NCBI GenBank assembly: GCA_016184225.1
Contig: JACPDA010000004.1
Coordinates: 70,800 to 134,799, forward strand
Direction of reading: 5' to 3'
From: Candidatus Daviesbacteria bacterium
GTDB taxonomy: Bacteria; Patescibacteriota; Microgenomatia; Daviesbacterales; UBA10151
DNA: 64,000 bases
A program made the translations under genes and the position numbers. How positions within the stretch are numbered: the first letter of the stretch is position 1; each line of letters starts with the position of its first letter. A model generated the notes under the pieces. That model saw only the letters and a list, made by a program, of their open reading frames with translations. It made no database searches and was not told the DNA's origin. Positions 19,317 through 29,024 of this stretch are shown here, in pieces.

Positions 19317-19404
19317 TGGAGGGATCGCATAGTGGCCTAGTGCACGATCTTGGAAAGATCGCATATCCGCAAGGGTATCGTGGGTTCAAATCCCACTCCC
19401 TCCG
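19317..19404 (+). tRNA. tRNA-Ser (anticodon GGA)
   Basis: GGAGGGA acceptor; anticodon arm CGATC-TTGGAAA-GATCG; long variable arm; T-arm GTGGG-TTCAAAT-CCCAC. Confidence 0.75.
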
Positions 19405-19480
19405 CCTTAAATCTTACGAAGGAAGACATCTAACTAGTCATCTAAAGTTGGGATGAATAAATCCTGAAGTGACTTTTGAT

Positions 19481-20026
19481 TTAGATTCCGAATCTTTTAC
19501 CTAACTCTTTAGCCTCAAGAGTTCTTTTTATTAAAAAGTAAACATCCGCCGCGCCGTTATAAAATATTTCTTTGGTCGGATTGTATTTGGTCATCTCTTT
19601 GATGGCGTTTCCTAACTCCGGCTCTTCGGCAATTACCCTTTCAACTAACTTTCTATTATACCCAGCTTTGGTCTGATCTATATTACCACTCTTTAATTCC
19701 TTAATGCGGTCTTCTACGTATATAATCGTAGCATCGCTAGATACCCGTGGTAAATTTATACCATTTAATTCTGCCTGTCTTCTTAAGATTCGATAAGTAA
19801 ACAGCGCGCCTTGCGAATATGGTAGTTGCTCAATAGGGGACGTCCTATATCTAGTGTCAAGCGCCTGAGAAAGCACCGGATTTTGGTTTTGTAGAATATC
19901 ACGTTCCTCCTTCAAAGCCTTCAATGGATCTTGTGCAATTTCTCGGAGTGCTTGTTCAGCAGCTTCTTTGCTAACGGGCAACGGCGACGACTCTTTAATT
20001 GCTTCTGGTTTTGCTTCTTCTGGCAT
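19481..20026 (-). CDS. hypothetical protein
   Basis: 181 aa; no recognisable motifs. Confidence 0.35.
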   Translation of the reverse strand: MPEEAKPEAIKESSPLPVSKEAAEQALREIAQDPLKALKEERDILQNQNPVLSQALDTRYRTSPIEQLPYSQGALFTYRILRRQAELNGINLPRVSSDATIIYVEDRIKELKSGNIDQTKAGYNRKLVERVIAEEPELGNAIKEMTKYNPTKEIFYNGAADVYFLIKRTLEAKELGKRFGI

Positions 20027-20088
20027 AGTAATTTTGATTATCCCATACTATTTCCCTAACTACAAACTTTATGTTATATAATTAATAT

Positions 20089-20334
20089 ATGTTTAACTGG
20101 AATTTGCCAAATTTTGGGCCGGCTGTTTTCTTGCTCATTTTATGGGAGGCTTTTTGGAAAGGCATTGGCCTTTGGAAATCTGCCAAAAGAGGTGATACTC
20201 TCTGGTTTATCGCCATATTTTTAATTAACCTTTTTGGGATCCTACCCATCTTTTACCTTTGGAGAACCAAACAATTGAAGGGTGTAGTAATAGATTTCCA
20301 GAATTTCTTTAAGTCAAAGTTTAAAGGTAAGTAG
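20089..20334 (+). CDS. small 2-TM membrane protein
   Basis: 81 aa; two hydrophobic helices. Confidence 0.3.
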   Translation: MFNWNLPNFGPAVFLLILWEAFWKGIGLWKSAKRGDTLWFIAIFLINLFGILPIFYLWRTKQLKGVVIDFQNFFKSKFKGK

Positions 20335-20337
20335 AAT

Positions 20338-21630
20338 TTAAGCAGCCTTTGCTGTTCTGCCTAAAGTTGCAAAAACTGCCCAGGCTTGTGGGCTACAAGC
20401 GACCGGTACACCCTTTTCCCGATACTGTAGTAAATGACCTCTTTCCCTTTCAACTGCCACTAATTCCTTTCTTTTTAGCCTTCTTTCAAGTGCGAATGCC
20501 TTATTATCCAGACTCTCCGCAAATTCAATATCCCCATAATTTTCCACTGCCTTAGCAGCGATCAGCGTTTGGTGCAGCCAAACTGTCCCGTTGTGGTAGG
20601 CGCGAGCACCGTTTACCCTAAATTGGGAAGACAAACTGCTTCTCGTTCTTAAACCCCGCTCTGTATTCATATCCGGTTGCTTTAATCTGTCAATCACAAG
20701 CTTGGCATATTCCGGATCAATCACCTTAGCCCATAAAGCAATTACCGGATCATCAGCGATAAATTCAACTCGATTACCCTTGCCGTCTATCATAGGGGCA
20801 TAAGTTCCTAAATCAGGCGCAAAAAAGCGATTATGAAACTCTTTTTTGCCTCTTGCATAGCTGCCGTTAAGTTCTGCGGCAAAAGCGGTTTCCCCCATCT
20901 CTTTTGCCAATTCCACTCCCTCGCGCAGTGCCCAAAGGTAATAGCTATTGTTAGTCAGGTATTTATAGGGAGGTTTGGGAATTCTGCCTTTTTCGTCACG
21001 GTAAGCATCATTAGAATCTTTCCAGGTATGATTTAGTAGGGCATTTTTGTTTTGGGGATCAGACTCTATTAAGCCATCATTATCTAAATCTGCAATCTTA
21101 GTATCATGATGAAAAGCCGCTTTTACATGAGGCCACATCTCTTCCAGGTATATCTGAGCAGCCAGTTGATCTCTTGATGCAAGAGCTCGATGAACTACTG
21201 CCACTGAAATGTTAAATAAGGGCGTCGCATCCCCGGCTCCGTAGTAAACCATTCCAAGTCTACCATTTTCTAGTCTATATCCGGGCCAACCAATTTCAAT
21301 CATTTCTGCTAATCTCTGTTGAGGTGAATCTCCAGTATGAATTTCGTGAGCTATTTTTCCCTTATCTTCTTCAGTAAACGGATTACACTTTTTACCTTGA
21401 TAAGCAATTGCTAATCGCTGTGAAGTTTTAGCGCACTCAAGCAAGATAGGAAGCTCGCCGTTTTGCGGCTCTGATAAAGCCGTTATAATAGAAATGTAAG
21501 CATCTCTTCCGTAGTGAACGCCGCTAAAACGTCCTCCTCCGCTCGCTTTGATACCCAAAAAGTCGTCCACAATAAAGGGAAGTTCTTCTAGACACTCTGC
21601 TCTTAAAAACCTGATAAATTCAGGTGACAT
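20338..21630 (-). CDS. six-hairpin glycoside hydrolase (glycogen-debranching / GH63-like)
   Basis: (alpha/alpha)6-type blocks ...GMVYYGAGDATPLFNISV... and ...YHNGTVWLHQT... Confidence 0.4.
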   Translation of the reverse strand: MSPEFIRFLRAECLEELPFIVDDFLGIKASGGGRFSGVHYGRDAYISIITALSEPQNGELPILLECAKTSQRLAIAYQGKKCNPFTEEDKGKIAHEIHTGDSPQQRLAEMIEIGWPGYRLENGRLGMVYYGAGDATPLFNISVAVVHRALASRDQLAAQIYLEEMWPHVKAAFHHDTKIADLDNDGLIESDPQNKNALLNHTWKDSNDAYRDEKGRIPKPPYKYLTNNSYYLWALREGVELAKEMGETAFAAELNGSYARGKKEFHNRFFAPDLGTYAPMIDGKGNRVEFIADDPVIALWAKVIDPEYAKLVIDRLKQPDMNTERGLRTRSSLSSQFRVNGARAYHNGTVWLHQTLIAAKAVENYGDIEFAESLDNKAFALERRLKRKELVAVERERGHLLQYREKGVPVACSPQAWAVFATLGRTAKAA

Positions 21631-21721
21631 ATATTGCCATTATAGGCTTATAGGCTTAAATTTATCTCCTATTAAATTACTATAAGTTAACTAGGATGCA
21701 AAAACAGTCTATGGATTTATA

Positions 21722-22387
21722 CTAAGATAATTTCTTCTGAAAAGTCAAATGGAGTAAGTATTCTTTGTTTCCGGCTCCACCCAGGATCGGTGATTCCATA
21801 ACTTTTTCTACTCTGTACCCTGTACCCTGCAACCTGTCCACTACCTCCTCTTTAACAGCTGCTGCTTTTTCTACCGGCAAGACTCCTTTTATCAAATCCC
21901 TTCTGCTTGCTTCATAGTGAGGTTTCAGTAAGGCAATAATTATTCCATCAGGCTTTAAGAAATTACTGACAACCGGCAAAACCAGCTCTAATTTTGTCCA
22001 GCCGGCATCAATGGTGACTAAGTCTACTTTCCCAGAATCCACCTCGGAGGAGTCATGGCTTCGTAAACTCAGCCTGCCACCATCCGAGGTGTTGCCATTC
22101 TCACCTTCCAGGTGGGCTTTGACTCCTGGAAGGTGGTCCAATTGCAGGATATTGGTCCGTTCCATTACTACTACCCGCGGGTCATTTCGGAGCTTCCAAG
22201 CCAACTCGCCGTATGCAGTATCCAGGGCATAAACTTTTTTGGCCCCATTTTGCAGCAGACAATCTACAAACCCGCCGGTGGATGATCCGACATCAAGAAT
22301 CACTTGATCCTTAACATCAACTTGGAATCGGCCTAATGCAGCTTGCAGTTTAACCCCACCCCTGGAAACGAATTTCTCACTTGCCAT
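21722..22387 (-). CDS. tlyA: TlyA-family rRNA 2'-O-methyltransferase (FtsJ-like), carrying an internal acidic/Gly-rich insertion
   Basis: SRGGVKLQAALGRFQVDVKDQVILDVGSSTGGFVDCLL...ALDTAYGELAW. Confidence 0.7.
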   Translation of the reverse strand: MASEKFVSRGGVKLQAALGRFQVDVKDQVILDVGSSTGGFVDCLLQNGAKKVYALDTAYGELAWKLRNDPRVVVMERTNILQLDHLPGVKAHLEGENGNTSDGGRLSLRSHDSSEVDSGKVDLVTIDAGWTKLELVLPVVSNFLKPDGIIIALLKPHYEASRRDLIKGVLPVEKAAAVKEEVVDRLQGTGYRVEKVMESPILGGAGNKEYLLHLTFQKKLS

Positions 22388-22826
22388 ATATTTCTAAAGC
22401 TTTTTTAAGAAGCACTTTATCCTGAGAAAAAGTTAATTGCCCTAGTGCCTCCTCCGGCTTAAACCAGCCTATGTCACTGACCTCCCAGTCGTGGTCTTTG
22501 ATATCACCGGAAACATATTTCATCAGAAAATAAGTCACCACTTTAAAGATTTTTTCTCCATTCAAGGTGTAGACATATTTAGAATAACCTACTTTACCAG
22601 TAATTTCAGCCACCACTCCGCCTTCTTCCTTAACTTCCCGCAAAGCTGCTTCCTCGGTGGTCTGTCCCGAGTCAATTAAGCCCTTAGGAAAACTCCAATG
22701 GTGATTTTGGGAATGCTGAGTTAGAAGCGCTTGACCTTTACTATTAAAAACTATTCCACCGGCCGAGAATTCTCGTTTCACGTTTTTTATTTCCTTTTTG
22801 GCGCCCCCAGCGGGATTCGAACCCAC
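22377..22826 (-). CDS. NUDIX hydrolase
   Basis: Nudix box ...TEEAALREVKEEGGV... Confidence 0.75.
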   Translation of the reverse strand: MGSNPAGGAKKEIKNVKREFSAGGIVFNSKGQALLTQHSQNHHWSFPKGLIDSGQTTEEAALREVKEEGGVVAEITGKVGYSKYVYTLNGEKIFKVVTYFLMKYVSGDIKDHDWEVSDIGWFKPEEALGQLTFSQDKVLLKKALEIYGK

Positions 22827-22873
22827 ATATCAGGATCCGGAATCCTGTGGTCTATCCATTAGCCTATGAGGGC
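22799..22873 (-). tRNA. tRNA-Arg (anticodon CCG)
   Basis: reverse complement GCCCTCA...CAGGA-TTCCGGA-TCCTG...GTGGG-TTCGAAT-CCCGC-TGGGGGC-G-CCA. Confidence 0.7.
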
Positions 22874-22874
22874 A

Positions 22875-22964
22875 TGGCGGTGGGAGCAGGATTCGAACCT
22901 GCGCGAGGCTTACGCCTCGATTGGTTTTCGAAACCATCCGAATAGGCCTCTCTCGCATCCCACC
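22875..22964 (-). tRNA. tRNA-Ser (anticodon CGA)
   Basis: GGTGGGA acceptor; loop TTCGAAA; long variable arm CGAGGCGTAAGCCTCG; T-arm GCAGG-TTCGAAT-CCTGC; CCA encoded. Confidence 0.7.
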
Positions 22965-22969
22965 TCAAG

Positions 22970-23042
22970 CGCGCCCGGCGGGACTCGAACCCACAACCGC
23001 ATCGTCCGCAACGATGTGCACGATCCATTGTGCTACGGGCGC
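22970..23042 (-). tRNA. tRNA-Arg (anticodon GCG, unusual for bacteria)
   Basis: GCGCCCG-TA-GCAC-AATGGATC-GTGC-A-CATCG-TTGCGGA-CGATG-CGGTT-GTGGG-TTCGAGT-CCCGC-CGGGCGC-G; perfect 5-bp anticodon stem; no encoded CCA. Confidence 0.55.
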
Positions 23043-23108
23043 AATATGGGTATTCTAGCACGAATGAGATTGCCACGGCCACTGCGTGGCCTCGCAATGA
23101 CAGAATGA

Positions 23109-23666
23109 TTAACGATGCACGTTTTCCAGCGGTAAATGCTTCTGCAGCGATTCTGACCACTTTTCCATCCATGATTTATAAGGCTTTTCGTGAAATGGTA
23201 AAAAGCGGGCTACTGTCTTTTTTATCTTTTCTTCATCCTCCTTGCCTAACACTAACATCAGTTGAGTCGGAAACCTCAGTAGTGTTTGGATATGCAAAAC
23301 TTTTAAACCGTCTTTTTCCTTAAACCAAAACGAATCTAAAAAATGCCAGAAATAAAAATCCTCCCCAATGGTAATGCCTTGGGTAGAAATCTGGTAAGTG
23401 ATGTTATGTGGCGGGACAAAGGCCAAAACATAGGTCACAAAAGCAAAAGAAGCTATTACTCCAATCAGTAAAAAATCCTGCAGCCAAAAGAAAACAACCA
23501 AAACCAAAAATATGGCTAAAACAGCAATAGTAGTGTAATAAGAACGGTCTTTTTTTCTAAAAGGCCGGGCCGGCGCTTCCCAGGAAAGCAAAGTCTTAAT
23601 TTCCTCCGTTTCCATCATCTTGGGAGTAAAAAATTCCAGTGGATTTTGTTTTTTTTCTTTGGGCAT
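23109..23666 (-). CDS. hypothetical membrane protein (two central TM helices)
   Basis: 185 aa; hydrophobic core IAVLAIFLVLVVFFW...IGVIASFAFVTYVLAFV. Confidence 0.35.
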   Translation of the reverse strand: MPKEKKQNPLEFFTPKMMETEEIKTLLSWEAPARPFRKKDRSYYTTIAVLAIFLVLVVFFWLQDFLLIGVIASFAFVTYVLAFVPPHNITYQISTQGITIGEDFYFWHFLDSFWFKEKDGLKVLHIQTLLRFPTQLMLVLGKEDEEKIKKTVARFLPFHEKPYKSWMEKWSESLQKHLPLENVHR

Positions 23667-23842
23667 TTGTTTTTAGTTTAACTTTAAAAGAGTTTTATGT
23701 AAAGATGCGGTGCCTAGTCGACTATGTTGGAAATTATTTCAAGGAACAATTAGAGCAAATTGCTACTCCTTTTCCTCAAGTCAAACCGGCACTTGTTTAC
23801 TCTAAATTATAGCAGAAGTGAAGCCCAAAATAAGTTATGTAC

Positions 23843-24502
23843 TCACCACATTACCCTTGCTTGTACCAATTGTTGCAAATTAAATAGGTGTTGTGCAAAA
23901 TCTCGCCGTTCAACCGACCATATGCAATTTTGCAACCCACTGCCTACTCCAAAGTACACTTTTGCTCCAACTAGTTTACCATTTTTTACAAGAAGCGACG
24001 CACGATGCGTACCATCAATAATTGTTAATGGTGTACTTTGTTTGTTTGATGAAATTATTACAATATCATCGGTTTTTAAATCAGCAAGCTTTGACATAAT
24101 TTCTATCTTATTATGGTGGTGTACAACCACGGGAGGCTCATTATTTAAGCGATAACCCCTATTTTGTGATAGGTGCTTAGGTACATTAGCTACCTTGAAC
24201 GTACTACCTGTATCAAGATACCAGTCAAAGACTGGCAAGATAAATATACTGTCAACATCGATGCTTTCAATTTCGGCTTCAAACCAGTCTAAAGAACTTG
24301 GAATCTCATTTAGTATGGCGCTTCTACCATAAACGTTAAATATTAAATTTTCTCGCTCATTATTTTCTTGAGGGCTATTTAAATCGGGTTGTTCTATAAG
24401 CTTAATTTGCTCGCTTGTAAGACTGGGTTTCATACGAAAAAGCTCGCTTTTTAGCCAAGCAGCATGCATATGATGTTTTGTAGTTGGTTTAACTATTTTC
24501 AT
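23843..24502 (-). CDS. hypothetical protein with ParB/Srx-like DGxHR motif
   Basis: ...TPLTIIDGTHRASLL... Confidence 0.3.
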   Translation of the reverse strand: MKIVKPTTKHHMHAAWLKSELFRMKPSLTSEQIKLIEQPDLNSPQENNERENLIFNVYGRSAILNEIPSSLDWFEAEIESIDVDSIFILPVFDWYLDTGSTFKVANVPKHLSQNRGYRLNNEPPVVVHHHNKIEIMSKLADLKTDDIVIISSNKQSTPLTIIDGTHRASLLVKNGKLVGAKVYFGVGSGLQNCIWSVERRDFAQHLFNLQQLVQARVMW

Positions 24503-24628
24503 TAGCGGATATTATAGCGTATATACAGGAGAAAAATGCTAAAATAGTAGAAGTAATTCATAAAGGGGTAACTGCTTGCCATGAAGGCACACAGGACGCC
24601 ACAGGGGCTAAAAGGAGGCTGTTAGGTT

Positions 24629-25189
24629 ATGAGTGATAAACCAGTGAGAGAAAATATAAGACAGCATCAGGCATTTCTGGCATACAGCAGCATGTCTGAT
24701 CCTTCAGTTCAAAACATGTGGGAAACATGGGGGAAAATAGGGGGGCTTTCGGAATATAAAAGACCCTCATTTAGAACTTTGGAGTTATGGTGCACTAAAT
24801 ACCAATGGGTAGAAAGGTCTCAGGCCATCCATCAGGCGGCAAAAGAGGAGGCAATAAAGAAGGTTATCGCTAATCTAACAATGGGGAAAGAGGAAATTTT
24901 GGCGATCACCCGGGCTATCATGATCCGCTTTGGTCAGCAGTTGCAGGAAAATACACAAGGGAGACTTACCATCTCGGACTTTGAGAAGGCATGGAAAATT
25001 CAAAGGATAGAGCTGGGTCTACCAACAGAGATTGGAAACCAAGAGGTTGTTGTAAAAGACAGCTATGCAGGAGTAAGTGACGAGGATCTCATTTTGCAAC
25101 TTGAGACCTTAACAGCCAAATATAAACAGAGTTTGTTACTTCGTAATAAAGAAAGGCTTAATAAATCTGGCCACTTGCAATCGTCTTGA
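24629..25189 (+). CDS. hypothetical protein (island-encoded; only a weak resemblance to phage small terminase / DNA-binding proteins)
   Basis: 186 aa; lone plus-strand gene; no firm motifs. Confidence 0.3.
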   Translation: MSDKPVRENIRQHQAFLAYSSMSDPSVQNMWETWGKIGGLSEYKRPSFRTLELWCTKYQWVERSQAIHQAAKEEAIKKVIANLTMGKEEILAITRAIMIRFGQQLQENTQGRLTISDFEKAWKIQRIELGLPTEIGNQEVVVKDSYAGVSDEDLILQLETLTAKYKQSLLLRNKERLNKSGHLQSS

Positions 25190-25269
25190 CAAGTGGTATA
25201 GTTAAATTAACTTAAGCTCTCTGTAAGTGAAAGCAGGCTTCATGCCTTGCGCGAGGAAACTCGTCTAGC

Positions 25270-26052
25270 TTACAGGGGGCTTATTTTAGTAACATCAAAT
25301 TTATTCTTTGAGTGATAAAAGTTCTTGGGATAAATATCTGTATCGTAAATATCAACTAAATAACGTATTTTATCTCCGATAAATTTATAGAACCTCATAT
25401 CTTGCTTGATAAACGCCCTTTGTATTGCCCAATTTACATAATCAATAACTTGTAAACATGGTTCGCCTGATGGGGATTGTGGATTCACTTTAACTGAGGA
25501 TTCTACCTTTTTGCCCCATTTTTTCTCAAAGCTTTGGATTGCTTTTTGAATTGCATTTTCCAGCGGAATTTGACGGGTCTTACTGCCCCTCACGGCAAAG
25601 AAAATTTCATTATGTTTTGATAAGTGAATCTTATTTTCAAATAATTTACTTACTAAGTCGTCATAAAACTCACTCTCGTTTTTATGATGTTTTTTGTTAA
25701 AGATATTTTTAATTTTTCTTGCAACAAAAATTTCAGCTGTAAAATCCAGTTTAACGATTGTTCTATAGACTCTTTCACGAACTTCTGCGCAGTCATCCTT
25801 TGCATGGAAAGATACTGCGCTTTTTTGAAGAGAAGGAATACCCTCTAAATATTCATCGGAGGCAATTTCTTTCCTTAAATTTTCAAGTTTCTGCCTAATT
25901 GTCCTGGGATCATCTGTTTTAATAAACCCAAGAATAAGAATTTTAGAGACACCTTCTTGACCGACGATATAATTGCCATATCTATCGTAAAAAGTTGGAT
26001 CCCCGGATTCATCAACAAAAAAATATGTAGTTTTCTCCTGTAATTTTTTCAT
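25270..26052 (-). CDS. DUF3800-family protein
   Basis: N-terminal ...TYFFVDESGDP... and C-terminal ...CLQVIDYVNWAIQRAF... match the DUF3800 signature positions. Confidence 0.5.
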   Translation of the reverse strand: MKKLQEKTTYFFVDESGDPTFYDRYGNYIVGQEGVSKILILGFIKTDDPRTIRQKLENLRKEIASDEYLEGIPSLQKSAVSFHAKDDCAEVRERVYRTIVKLDFTAEIFVARKIKNIFNKKHHKNESEFYDDLVSKLFENKIHLSKHNEIFFAVRGSKTRQIPLENAIQKAIQSFEKKWGKKVESSVKVNPQSPSGEPCLQVIDYVNWAIQRAFIKQDMRFYKFIGDKIRYLVDIYDTDIYPKNFYHSKNKFDVTKISPL

Positions 26053-26110
26053 TTAAGTAAAAGTGTTAGTTAAAATAATCTAGATTCTTGACCAGTAATT
26101 TCCTCCTGGC

Positions 26111-27205
26111 TCACTTCTTCCTCAGGCGTTGTATATATTCTTTATTAGGATCTTTTATATCTAGGTTCCTATAAAATTTTTCTGTCTCAGAGTGAAATTT
26201 ATGTATTAGCGATACCATCCTCGGGTTACCTTTTATTCTCTCTTTTATTTCAAGTACCTTGGTGTTTCTAATAAATTCTGTAATCTCGTCTATTTTTTTA
26301 AAAAATGAATCTCCAGTTTCAGGTCGATCAGCATATAGCTTCTCTTTAGCTGCTTGAACAGCATCTTCAGGGGTAGATTGCAAAAACTCCTTACGAGCAG
26401 GCTTACTTTTAAGAATCTCCGCTAAATCTTTTTTTACATCATAGGCAGCAGATCTAATTCTTTCCTCTAGTACCCAATTAATAAATTTCTCATTACTTAG
26501 AATTTCTGGATTTTCTCTGGCTATGCTCTGAAGCTCCGAACTCTTAAAATATTCTTCAAATATGCTGAATTTTTTTAATTGTTCTTTTTCATCTAATCCA
26601 GCAAGTTCAGTAAGTTTAGGTAAGTAACCATCTCTCATCAATTCATAAGCCTTTAGTTGAATTTTGATAGCACTAGCTGTCATACCTACAATTGCGGCTA
26701 CATAATCTATATCCATTCTATTTTCATTAATCATTCTATAGATATAACTAGCCTTTTCATAAGGATCCCAGGGAGCTTTACCTTTTATATGTAGATTTCC
26801 AAGAAGTAAAAATAGATCTTCATCGCTTATCTTAGAAAGTATTACTTTAGCTCTAATTTTCCTCCAATTTTCTTTTTGTTCAGCTGGACTGTCTCTATAG
26901 ATGTACCTATAAGCACAAAGTCTACGGTTACCCTCTATCACCTGATTACCCATAACAAATACCTCTTCCATCAATCCACCATTTTTTCTGATATCATCAG
27001 CCAAAACTTTAGTTGAATCTAGTCTCCAGAGATTTTCTTCAATTTTAGTTTGATCCAAAGAATCTCCATATTTGCTCAACACATAATTCATTCTAGGGTT
27101 CTGTGGGTAATAATTTAACTCGAATATATCAATTTCCCTAATCTCAGTAGGTATTTTTCTGTCACCAATAACAATATTTTCTGAAGTGTCTGTTAAATCA
27201 GGCAT
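26111..27205 (-). CDS. ParB/Srx-fold protein of DGQHR/DUF262-like type (paralog A)
   Basis: ...VIEGNRRLCAYRYI... plus a shared block KAPWDPYEKASYIY. Confidence 0.45.
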   Translation of the reverse strand: MPDLTDTSENIVIGDRKIPTEIREIDIFELNYYPQNPRMNYVLSKYGDSLDQTKIEENLWRLDSTKVLADDIRKNGGLMEEVFVMGNQVIEGNRRLCAYRYIYRDSPAEQKENWRKIRAKVILSKISDEDLFLLLGNLHIKGKAPWDPYEKASYIYRMINENRMDIDYVAAIVGMTASAIKIQLKAYELMRDGYLPKLTELAGLDEKEQLKKFSIFEEYFKSSELQSIARENPEILSNEKFINWVLEERIRSAAYDVKKDLAEILKSKPARKEFLQSTPEDAVQAAKEKLYADRPETGDSFFKKIDEITEFIRNTKVLEIKERIKGNPRMVSLIHKFHSETEKFYRNLDIKDPNKEYIQRLRKK

Positions 27206-27206
27206 A

Positions 27207-28616
27207 TTAATGCAAAAGTTCGATTATTTCCTCCTTAGTCAAGTAACTACTTTCGTCAATTTTATCTGTATCTCCCTGTATTACTCTTGCTATGTCTTGT
27301 TTCTTGATTAATTTATCTTCGATAAAAAGGTCAATAGTATTTTGAGCTACTAACTTGATTATATTACATCTTTTATCCTGAGAAATCCTATGGATTCTAT
27401 CTTGTGATTGAAGATAGTCAACTAGATTAAAGGATCTATCTATATAGATAGCATTATTTGCAGCTGTTAATGTAATCCCCTCCCTTGCAGCTGCAGGATT
27501 AGCCACCATTACTCTGTAATCAGGATCTTCTTGAAATAACTGAATAAATTTATTTCTTTCTAATATTGGTATCTCTCCATGTATATTTAAAGAACCGAAT
27601 CCTCTATACCTATTCCTTAAAGTCTTTACATTCCCTACAAAGGACGACCAAATGATTACTTTTTCGTTCGATTCCATAATTTCTTTTAATAGCTCATCGA
27701 GTTTTGTAAACTTACAAGGTACTTCTTGATAGTCAGGTATTAACAAACCTGGATTACTTGCGACCTGAACAAGTCTTAGAAGCTTCTTGAGAATTGCTTT
27801 TGCTTCGTCAATAATTACTCTTTCGTCAGTATTTACAATTTCTATTAGTAGCTCTTCCTTTAACTTCCTATAGATCTCATTTTGCCTGGGTGATAGCTCT
27901 ACTAAAACTGTTTTATATACTTTTTCAGGCAACTCCAAGACATCATCCTTCAGTCTCCTAATAGATTTAGGTCTAATCTTCGTTTGAAGTTCAGCAAGCT
28001 TTTCTTTTGTTAAGCTGGAATCTTTGTAATTTTTTTTAAAAGCACCAAAATCTTCCCCTAAAGTTTTACCCCCATCCAAAAAATAGAATTGAGACCATAA
28101 ATCTATCGCCTTATTAGCTACAGGAGTTCCAGTTAAAATAATTCTTCTCGATACAAGTTCTCTCACTGCATTAATGGCTTTAAAAGTTTGGCTATCGGGA
28201 TCCTTTATGCGTTGAGATTCATCTAAAACTATTAAACATTTTCTAGCTTCAAGTAACAATTTAATAATATCTAGTTCTGCCTTAACTCCCTCGTAATTTA
28301 TAATGTACATGTTGGCAAAAGAGAGAAATTTATAACCTTTCGTCTTGCCTGCCCCTTCAATAACTACTGGAATTAGATAACTATGTTTCTTAATTTCGTT
28401 CTGCCAGACATACATCAATGTTTTGGGGCATATTATTAAAACTGCTTCTGACCTCTTTTGTTTAAGAATTGTTATAACTGCATCGATAACCTCTTTAGTT
28501 TTACCTACTCCCTGTTCGTCAAATAAGGCTGCCTCACTTTTCTGTACTAGAAAATTTGTAGCTTCTAATTGATGAGGAAGAGGAGATGTTTTAGCTTTAT
28601 ATAACGTTTTCTTCAT
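27207..28616 (-). CDS. SNF2/SWI2-family helicase (SF2 ATPase)
   Basis: motif I DEQGVGKT; motif II LVLDESQRIKD; III ILTGTPVAN; C-terminal helicase domain ...QSQDRIHRISQ... Confidence 0.8.
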   Translation of the reverse strand: MKKTLYKAKTSPLPHQLEATNFLVQKSEAALFDEQGVGKTKEVIDAVITILKQKRSEAVLIICPKTLMYVWQNEIKKHSYLIPVVIEGAGKTKGYKFLSFANMYIINYEGVKAELDIIKLLLEARKCLIVLDESQRIKDPDSQTFKAINAVRELVSRRIILTGTPVANKAIDLWSQFYFLDGGKTLGEDFGAFKKNYKDSSLTKEKLAELQTKIRPKSIRRLKDDVLELPEKVYKTVLVELSPRQNEIYRKLKEELLIEIVNTDERVIIDEAKAILKKLLRLVQVASNPGLLIPDYQEVPCKFTKLDELLKEIMESNEKVIIWSSFVGNVKTLRNRYRGFGSLNIHGEIPILERNKFIQLFQEDPDYRVMVANPAAAREGITLTAANNAIYIDRSFNLVDYLQSQDRIHRISQDKRCNIIKLVAQNTIDLFIEDKLIKKQDIARVIQGDTDKIDESSYLTKEEIIELLH

Positions 28617-29013
28617 AAGGTAAAAGCCTGTCTGGTACAGGTAAAATAATTAAATTTTCGTCGTTAACCCCCAGATCTTTAATGATCTTTTGAAACTTAT
28701 CCTGTACTGACATCGGGATCCCAAAAAAAACCTGATGCCCAATTTGGTTAGACCAATTTGTATCATTAGTAAAATCTTGGAGTTGCTCCAGTGTTCTGAC
28801 AGTTAAATCGTCTGCTGTTTTTGCTTCACCTATTGCTACACCGTTTGGTTTTATTCCAATTAAATCTGGTCTGTGTCTTAGAATTTTTGGAGGCAGCTTT
28901 AGCTTTATTGCCTCTACTTCGCTAGCACCTTCAAAACCCACTACTTCATAGCCTTCTAGATTCATTCGTCTCGCTATTAAATCTGCAATAAACTGATGAG
29001 CTTTCGATGCCAT
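28597..29013 (-). CDS. small PD-(D/E)xK nuclease-fold protein
   Basis: ...RPDLIGIKPNGVAIGEAKT... (D...E-x-K); 138 aa; overlaps the SNF2 gene by 20 nt. Confidence 0.4.
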   Translation of the reverse strand: MASKAHQFIADLIARRMNLEGYEVVGFEGASEVEAIKLKLPPKILRHRPDLIGIKPNGVAIGEAKTADDLTVRTLEQLQDFTNDTNWSNQIGHQVFFGIPMSVQDKFQKIIKDLGVNDENLIILPVPDRLLPYEENVI

Positions 29014-29024
29014 CCATTCGCCTC

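Noticed and set aside
22864-23323. ORF-track entries 22864-23172, 22866-23108 and 23030-23323 (80-102 aa)
   Set aside because: They lie over the three-tRNA cluster and are translation artefacts of tRNA sequence.
24629-25189. Calling the 186-aa plus-strand ORF a phage small terminase
   Set aside because: There is only a vague compositional resemblance, and no capsid, portal or large-terminase genes are nearby. Left as hypothetical.
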